A program made the translations under genes and the position numbers. Shown here in pieces: positions 54,583 to 64,000 of a stretch of 64,000 nt of DNA (the first letter of the stretch is position 1; the number at the start of each line of letters is the position of its first letter). A model generated the notes under the pieces. The model was not told the DNA's origin. It ran no database searches and saw only the letters and a list, made by a program, of their open reading frames with translations. Source of the DNA: the human T2T-CHM13v2.0 reference genome, Homo sapiens; NCBI RefSeq assembly GCF_009914755.1, contig NC_060939.1; one strand, given 5' to 3'.

Positions 54583-54679
54583 ATGTTACAACCCTGTAGT
54601 AACCTTTAGGATAAAGTACAAAGTTTCTTCCCCTGTGATCCAAATAGACACTGGATAGCACCTTGCCAAATCATTTGTT

Positions 54680-55335
<656 letters not shown>

Positions 55336-55339
55336 CTTC

Positions 55340-55822
55340 CTGCCTAGTTCCCCAGTCTCATTGTTATCTATTTTCCTCTTGTATATTACATCCTCAGCAC
55401 TTTCGCATTCTTCAGTTTCTCAAATACATTTGTCATTTTATACTTTGGCACTTTCGCATATATTTTTCCTGCATTGGGGATACTCTTTCTAATACTCTTT
55501 GGCTAATTTGATCTTCAATTCTCAGATCATGTACCAATTCCTCAGGCAGGTGTTCTTTGTTCTTGATTCTAAATCGTGTGCTTTCATTGATCTTCTCTTC
55601 CACAGAACACTATTCTGTTTCCTAATAACAATTTGTCCAATTGTTAATTATGTGTTTCGTTGTACAATGTCTCTCTTCTCTCATTAGTCTGCATACACCA
55701 TATACGGTAAGGAAAAAAACTATTTTGTTCATTACTACTTACATGACCCAAGATAGAGACTTAATGTATGTATTTATTAATATTTGTTAACAACAAAATG
55801 CATTTGTTGTTGAATGAATGAA
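55340..55822 (+). mobile_element. L2 3' end
   Basis: Terminal TTTGTTGTTGAATGAATGAA with upstream pyrimidine-rich L2 motifs. Confidence 0.65.
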
Positions 55823-57052
55823 CTGCTCACGTCAACCTCTTGCATTTGCTAAGCCCCTAGATAAAGAATGTCTGCTATGCATTATTATGTGAAATGTGAG
55901 GTGAAAAGTATTTTGAGCACAGATAAATTAGTTAATGTATGTAAATGTCGTTTGAAAGCTCTCCTGTATAAAGCAAATTATCTTCACCAATTATATAAAA
56001 ACTAAACTGTACAATCTTGAAGACATGCATAGTAATGTCCTTTCAATAGATGATGAATAATGATAATAGCTTCATGCCATAGAGCCTTCCCTGAACAGAG
56101 AAAAACAAATATATATGTATCTAATACATAGTATTACATACATAAAATATATTTCATCATTGATTACATGTTCATCATTTTATCTGTCGTATCAAGAGCA
56201 ATTCGAAAACACACTTTTTTATCTTCTTTATATCTCCGGAAATTGTCATCACAGTGTTTATCACATAGTAGATGCTCAATAGGTTTTATGAAAAATAAAT
56301 GAATGGTTAAATGCATTCATTTTCATCTGATTAATGAGTGTCTTTATGGCTATGAGGTGTGGTGACCTCTACACAAATCAAAGATAAACAATAACACAAA
56401 TTTAATTTTAGAACTTCATTTTCTTTAAGTAATGGCTCATCTACAGGCTTCTGGTAGGATATGATGATTTAATAGGTAAAAATGTCATGAGACTAAGAGG
56501 TTTCTGAGACTCTGAATCAAGTCCAGGCAAACATAAATAACAATGAAATGATAATACAGTGCATGACCTGTTTGATATTCTTATTACTGCTCTGTAAAAT
56601 TCCATGAGTAGATTTATACTGCAGTCATCCCAAGCCAACGTTGACATCTTGACAATTGGTTTCAGTCTTTACTGTAATTGTGTCACTCATTAAAACATGC
56701 AAGATAATGCTGCTTAATCAGAAAACCGTTGCTTCTTTGAAATACACGCGAGAGCTACTTTTTCCACTGCCAGATCAGTTGCTTCTGCTAATACAGAAAA
56801 ACAGATACACAATGAGACCATTTTGATATAAACCTGAAGGATTGATTAAAAAAGGTATTCAATGTAGGGCCACTCTGGCTTTTGTTCCCTTGAAAATAGA
56901 GGGAAAGTGACATATGTTGAACAAAACAAAAAGAAAAATAAGAAAGTTGTCCTTAAAGTCAAATCCAGCTTTTGAAATAAAAGTTTAATTAGCAAGTGTA
57001 GGACTCAAGGTGAAAATCTAAAGCCCCAGATTCTCAGGAGTTTCAAAGAGGG

Positions 57053-57057
<5 letters not shown>

Positions 57058-57105
<48 letters not shown>
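57058..57105. repeat. (TG)24 microsatellite
   Basis: Read directly. Confidence 0.98.
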
Positions 57106-57109
<4 letters not shown>

Positions 57110-57339
57110 TGTTTAATAATGGCTTACAAGTCAAACACAGCAAACGGAAACTTGAAACCTCACACCCAGGTTTACCCACTGTGCCTGAAACTGATGGATG
57201 TGTGTCACCGTGAGGAGATAAACTTATTTCTCATTGTCGACCTCATTCCTGTCTACGTTGTGGATGTAAGAAAGGTCCAGAGTTGAGAGAATAGGAAAAC
57301 AAAGGCCCAAACAGCAATCAAATATTAATATATTGACCA

Positions 57340-58920
57340 GAGGGAGGGGCTGGGGTACTTGGCTGTCAGGCTGATTAGCTCTTTGTAAACAAAACAGCTT
57401 TAAACTCCTGCTTCACATTGTTAACTAATGTGGTGGCTGACCTTGTTCCCATTTCTGGGGCTGGGGGAGGCCCTCGCTGTCTGGAGACAATCTGACCAAC
57501 AGTCATAACAGGGACCTGGGCTCCCCTTAGGGGGCCCCACTCTCTTCAGGGTGATTGTTTCCTTGTGCCTTAAACTCCTGACCCAGTCCAGCTTTTAATT
57601 CATTATTCATCAATTTTCTTAGTCCACTTAAAAAAAAAAAAGTGGTAGAGTTGCTGCTCAAATAAGAGGGAGTGGAGGGTGGGGAGTAGGGAGAGTGGCA
57701 TTCTGGAAAAAAGGACAACCCTGTCAAAACATGACAGCCGATCCAATGCCTGCTTTATACTATTCACAGAAAATGCCAAATTCTGCAAATAGTAACCACA
57801 TGTACATTGGCTTCACAGACTCAATGTTCTGCGGCGAAATGCGACGTTCTTTATTTTAGTGTGTCATCAAAGGCGATGAAAATATCATTCTAGCCTTCTA
57901 GGCTTAACCCTGTGGACTCTCGATGACTAGAAGTTTCATGTGAGCAGCGCACACACCCAGTCAGCGTGAGCAGCAGCACTGGCCCACGCAGGTCCACGGC
58001 ACGGAAAGGAGATTCGATTCACAAATCTGTTACCCGGACATTTTTATTCATCGCCACGAGATCATTACAGCGACAAGCCCACATCTGACGTTTATGATCT
58101 TGTTCGCTTTGCCAAAGTGGAGGAGGGGGGCAGACAGCTTGGGGGATCTACAGCAGGAGGGAAATGGCACCACTCAGACTCCTGCAAGCTCGTCAGCCAC
58201 TGCAGGGATTCTGAAGACCTTTTTTCTCGTCCAGGCTCCGCTGGCTGGTGCCTTCCAGGTTTTCTTTGGATGCATGAGTACGAGCTTGTTAGCTCAAATC
58301 TGTTGTGCAATTGTCCTTTTTGTGTGCCTGGCTGGATTCCCTCGCACTAACATTTAAAAAGAGCCCATGCACAGAACTGAACAGGGGATAAAGATTTTGT
58401 GCACGACAGACCTGACTCAACCGCAACCAGCTGGCGCTTCTGCTGGGCTCTACTCTTGCCTAGGAATGCTTCTAGCACCTTCCGCATGACCATTGGCTCT
58501 AAAGATGCCTCCTGTTTATCTTCTCCTCCTTAACAAATAGTCTCTGTAGCGGCTGCAGTAAATCTCTTTCAGTCTGGAGGCAACAGCCCTTGGGTGTTTG
58601 TCCTTTTTCCTCCCTCCGCTTCTCCCCCCTCAGCCTGCGTGTGTCTTTGACAATAATTGTCTTTGACAATTATTTCAAAATGTCCGTACTTTTGGCCTCT
58701 TGATGACAAAGAAAAGAGCCCGTAAAGTGCAAGGAAACTTCTCTCTATTTCCATTCAGACCGCAGTACACAGGCAGGGCAGCAGGTCCCGGGGAAAGGGG
58801 CATTTGCCTGCTCTGTTTCCCAGTTGAGGGGCAGATAATAAGCGGCAGGGGCTTCTGCCTACAGCCATCATGACACAGGACCCAACTCATCCTTTTTTAA
58901 TGGCAATAAATAAATGACGG
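57340..58920. promoter_or_regulatory. Candidate enhancer/promoter with retained CpGs
   Basis: No recognisable repeat; 18 CpG in 57831-58110 at ~48% GC (observed/expected ~1.1 by hand); FOX, MEIS and TCF motifs. Confidence 0.5.
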
Positions 58921-59371
58921 AAGTTTTAGCCACTAGACTAGTGAATTGGTGGTTAAGCCTCAGGCTTTTATCTCCCTGACCCCTGTTTGAACTCAACCTT
59001 GGTTCCTAAGTGCAGGGCAGACAAAGTGGGGTGGGAGGAGGGTTTCTTATCGACATGAACACCCCTTCCAGCTCAACATAAAGAAATATGATGCCATGTG
59101 TGTGCCTGTGGCTCAGAGCAAAAGAGGGTAGGGAAGGATTTGTTGGGACAAAGTGAGAAGAGACTTAAATACCAGCTACTATTTCTGGATGTCTATCCCA
59201 TAGCTTAAGAGTTTAATAGAGAACATATTAATGAATTCCACTAGCATTTATAGAGGGAGGGGATTATCAGTTGTGTGCGAGGCCCTGTGCACACTGCTGG
59301 AGGTAGAAGTTTAAAAAGACAAACTGAGGAAGTTGGAAATGGGGAAGCCCAAAGCTGACACCAGCCCAGGT

Positions 59372-59630
59372 GAATATGTATTGAACCATGAATATGTCAA
59401 TCACTGTGTTAAAACACTTTATGTGCATTATTTCACTTTCTTCTGTTTATCTTCTCCTCCTTAACAAGTTGTTGGAATCCTCACAACAACTTTATGAATC
59501 AGGTACTCTTGTTTTCTAATTTTACAGATGAGGCAGTTGTGATTTAGAGAAGTTATGTAATTTATCCAAGGTTACATGCGTGGGAAATGAAGCCAGGATA
59601 AAAATCCTCATCTAACTCTGTATTATATCA
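59372..59630 (-). mobile_element. MIR with a 37-bp insertion
   Basis: TGCATTATTTCACTT[insert]AATCCTCACAACAAC..TTTTACAGATGAGG..CCAAGGTTACA. Confidence 0.85.
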
Positions 59631-60312
59631 CTTTCATGAAAAAAAAAGTGCTTACTGCATGAGGTTCTCTAGTTTGATAGATGATGACTCCATTTTCCAG
59701 TCAAGATTCCATATGCATATTCTGGCAATTCCGAATGTATTCATGAAAACTGTGGGTCTGACTGTTTGAGATTAAGATACTATCTTTATGCAGTCCATTT
59801 TCTTATCTGAAAAATGAGCATGATGATAATGATCTTCAGTGTCTCTTGGTCTGATAGTTTTCAAAATGGTTTAGAGAATAAATGCCTGTATGGAAACTAG
59901 GTTTGGATGCCTTCTTGGCGATAACTGTTCACCGTGCCTTCCAGCAAGATTCCCAAGTACTTTGCCTAAGCCAGGCTTCCAACATTGTGAGTAACATGTT
60001 GAGTTCTAGAATAGTTCTATCCTAATTAGGTACACAGTACTACTCTAAATAGGAATAAGGCAAAGGGTGAATGTTGTTTCATAGTGGTTGCTAAGGTGGA
60101 TGATCAAGAAACATTCATCATGTGGGATAGTGTACGTATTTGATGCCACAGATATGCTTTCTGGTTTAATAGTTAAGAGCAAGTAGGCATCTTAGGCATT
60201 TATATGTTTGTTTTGTTTTATGCCAAGGGAAGGCTTGGATAACTTGGATGTCAGAAGATCTCCTCTCATGTTCCCAGCTACTGTCCTAGAAACCAATCTA
60301 CCCGTTCCATTA

Positions 60313-60655
<343 letters not shown>

Positions 60656-61084
60656 CTAGACTGTGGTTGTATGGTTGTCTGAGTAAGACCAATGTAGGTA
60701 TGATTCGCCTAAACAACCTACCACAAGTTAAAAAAGAGCAGCCTTTAGGCACAAAGACCCAAGTCTTAGGGAGTCTTTGAAAGGAGAAACCAAAAAATAC
60801 CTGGGTATGTTACTTAGGAATTATAACATGCCCAGGTATTTCATTGCCCAGTGGAAAAGCCTAGCCATCTTGTGTCCCAGCTTCAGTTTACTCCCATTCC
60901 CTTTATCCCAACAAGATTACCCCTAACCATGCCTCCCATTTTAGCTTCCCAGGTTGCTGCTTTCTCTCTCTCTTTCCTTAAGGTTCACATCTGACTCTCC
61001 TCTAAAGTATGGATTAAGACCCACATTATCCCTTTGCCTGACTGATTCTGTCGACTATGAGACACGATGCTATGACAGGAAGTA

Positions 61085-61290
61085 CTCCGGCTTGAAGTTA
61101 ACTGCACTACGGGTTGAATCCTGAAATCCTGACTCAGTAGCATTTTGTCTTTGCCTCCTTTGCCGAGTTTTCTAGCTTCATAAAAATGTCAATTCCCCCA
61201 TCTCCCAAAGGCAGGGAAAAACTGAAATTACATAGATAATATCAGATGACATATCTAGATGGACTTGTAGTTGGTGCTCATTAAATGTGA
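61085..61290 (+). mobile_element. MIR
   Basis: GGGTTGAATCCTG..CATAAAAATG..TTGGTGCTCATTAAATG. Confidence 0.55.
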
Positions 61291-61305
61291 ATTCCTCACT
61301 GTTTA

Positions 61306-61679
61306 TAGGCACAACTTGTTTTATTGCACCTCACCTTATTGCGTTTTGCAGATATAGCATGTTTTTTACAAACTGAAGGTTTGTGGCAGCCTTGCATTGA
61401 GCAAGTCCATTAGTGCCATTTTTCCAAAACCATGTGCTCATTCTGTGCCTCAGTGTCAGCGTTTTTAACAATAAATTATTTTTTAATCAAGGTGTGTACT
61501 TTTCTAGATATAATGCTGTTGCACACTTGATCGACTACAGTATAAAATAAACATAGTTTTCATATGTACTGGGAAACCAAAAAATTGTGTGACTCTTTAT
61601 TGCAATATTTGCTTTATTGCAATATTTGCTTTGTTGCAGTGATCTGAAAGCAAACCTGCAGTACCCTGAGGTCTGCCTG
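61306..61679 (+). mobile_element. Tigger1 internal-deletion derivative with both ends
   Basis: 5' AGGCACAACTTGTTTTATTGC..TGAAGGTTTGTGGCA joined near 61458 to 3' ACTGGGAAACCAAAAAATT..GAGGTCTGCCTG; TA at the left flank. Confidence 0.92.
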
Positions 61680-64000
61680 TCAATGCAGAGCTTACAGATG
61701 CACCTTCTTTTGCTCTCCACTTCCTCTATGAAAGAAATGCAGAATGTTTTTCTTCTATGCCACTTACTATGGGAATCAGGCACTTAATAAACACTGCTAA
61801 TCAACAGGATGGAAGAATTAACTAATAAATCCCTTCACAGAAGCATGCCAAGTTTTACATGATGGCCAATACGTGACCTCCTTGGGAGACAGGGCAAAAA
61901 ACTGAAGTTTCTCTTATTGGGGAAAGTTTCTTCACTCTTCTTCTTCTTCCTCTAGTAATAATAATATAATTAATTAGCATGGAAACTTCTTTTAAAAAGC
62001 TTCCATACACACTGATGAGAAAAATAAGTTTACTAGGAATAAAGCAGGGTCCAGAAGTATGAAAGTATTTATTTGAATGGTATCATTCCCCACCTCAGGG
62101 AGGGTATCTGTCATGCAGGATTGGTCTGGATAAGTAAGCTAAGGGTTGAAGTGAGTTCAAAAGAGCTGAACCAGGCTGGAAACACAAACGCAAGCTGTGA
62201 ACATCACCTGGAGGAGCTCAAAGCACTTCAGTTCTGGTTCTTTCTCTAGACTTTAGAAGAACAAAGGTCACGAAATTTATTATTGGCAAGACTATAAATG
62301 TCTAATAAAAATTACTTGATTATGAGCTTTTTTTTTAAATTTCAGGTTTTACACAAATACCTAAGCAGAGAGTCTTAGATTTTTTCTTACTTTGAACATA
62401 CTCCCCCATTTTCCTGGCAATATATTTCCATGTTTCTTCAAAAAGCCATTCAAGAGTACTTTAAGTAACAGTTTTAAACCTCCCCCTGTTAAGAAAATAT
62501 ATAAAATTGCTTAAGAGAAATGAGATCGCTTTCTGGCTCCTGTAACAATTGGGGATGATGTTTAACAGCAGAAACCCAGTGGGAGTGCTCAGTCTAAATT
62601 CTGCACAGCCATGTCAACAACCAAATTCCTAAGAATTTCTTCCTCATTGTCCCAGTGAGGCCGCAGCAGGATCAGCTACTGGCTGGGCTTTTTGGACACC
62701 ACCCACCCCCGGCAATTTACAGCTAGCAAAGAGCTGTAGATGGAGTGACAGCTGCCCATGCCAACACAGTCACACAGGACAGGGCAGCTTTCCTACACCT
62801 GACTGGGCCTCAGCCTCATGGACAGGAGTGACATTACAGAACGTGCAAGGTCTCCAAACAGCCCTTCTCCTCCAGGTCACATTGTCACCTTTTTTGCTTG
62901 TGCCAAAGTCCTTCCCAGATGTCTATGCAACGGAAGTAAAATTTATACTCGTGGAGCCTTAAAATGCTGACATTCCATGTTTACAGGGATTGTTTACTCA
63001 GAAAATTAATCAGTTACGGTTTTAAATTTTAATTAAATAATGTTTTCCGGTGTTATTGCAAAACAGGCAAAAGCCCATAAAATGTATGTTTGACTGCTGT
63101 TGTGTGTTGTCTTTGGATCAAGGCACAGTCTTGAGATCAATCATGCATGATATTTTTGTGAACTTTTAACAGGACAAACTTTCACATAAATTTGGTTCAT
63201 TAAAATATGTCCATCAAAATAAAAGTCATTCTGAGAAACTCTCTGGAATTTCCTTTTTCTTTCTAATCGGCAACAAATGATTTTGTACTTGTCCTGTAAA
63301 TAAAAATATGGGAGGGAGGTAAGCAGACACTCAGTTGTGCAATAGACTGCTCTTTGCCAATGAACCAGAAGTAACTTCATAGGAAGTTATCCATTCCACT
63401 CACATATTGGTCAAGAGAGAATTATTGGTTCAGTGAACATTGGCATGGTGAAAATATTTTGGTTCCAGATGGTGATGTGTGCGAGGCATATTCTTAAGCT
63501 TTCTCGCATATTTTTCCATTTTATTTCTTCTTTACCTTGTTTTATTTATCTGATTATAAAACAAATATGTGATTCTGATACAAACAAGGAGAAAACTACA
63601 TGAATTAAGAGATTTAATAACCTCCCTCTTAATAAATATGATTAACACATCTCTATTTTTGTCAGTGCATCTACTAACATCATTTATGTATTTATTTGCA
63701 TAAAACTGTTACAAATGCCAAATAGCTCACCAAATGTGCATAATCTTTGTCCACGGAGGCTCAAAATCTAGTCCTAAAACTACTGATAATAGTTACTATA
63801 ATATCTCAAGTTAAAAGAATATATACTAGCCAGGAAAATTTGCAAAATCTTAAAACCAAATTGATTTATCACAGAATATTTACCAGTATAAAAAGTATAA
63901 TATTACATCTGTTTTATGTTATATATTGCTTAATGACTCTATTTTTAATTTAGTTTTCTTATGTTTTCTTTTTTGTTTTCGTTTTGTTGTTGTTGTTTGA

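Noticed and set aside
57524-58437. CTCF-like strings CCCTTAGGGGGCCC and CAACCAGCTGGCGCT
   Set aside because: Two or three mismatches at informative positions; not callable without a PWM scan or ChIP data.

Overview
Primate (hominoid-type, probably human) non-coding genomic DNA: AT-rich, CpG-depleted and roughly half interspersed repeats. It carries Alu (J, S and one probable Y remnant), L1 (L1PA, L1MA, L1MB, L1ME), L2, MIR, MaLR/ERV solo LTRs (MLT1, MST, THE1, LTR12, LTR33-like) and DNA-transposon fossils (MER1A, MER53, Tigger1). No protein-coding exon, RNA gene, CRISPR array or prokaryotic-type system is supported. The recognisable peptides in the ORF track are decayed L1 ORF1/ORF2 or Alu read-through. 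I cannot name the locus, and repeat subfamilies are assigned from remembered consensus sequences, not a search. I found no new biological system. The most interesting signals are: (1) local copy events (a ~225-bp inverted duplication, and 42-bp and 25-bp segments re-inserted ~1 kb downstream inside old repeats); (2) a 150-bp young L1 insertion with a perfect TSD and a short 3' transduction; (3) a 20-nt Alu remnant with a TSD; (4) repeat-free, CpG-retaining, motif-rich segments near 38.7 kb and 57.3-58.9 kb that look regulatory; (5) a candidate non-coding exon at 46271-46560.
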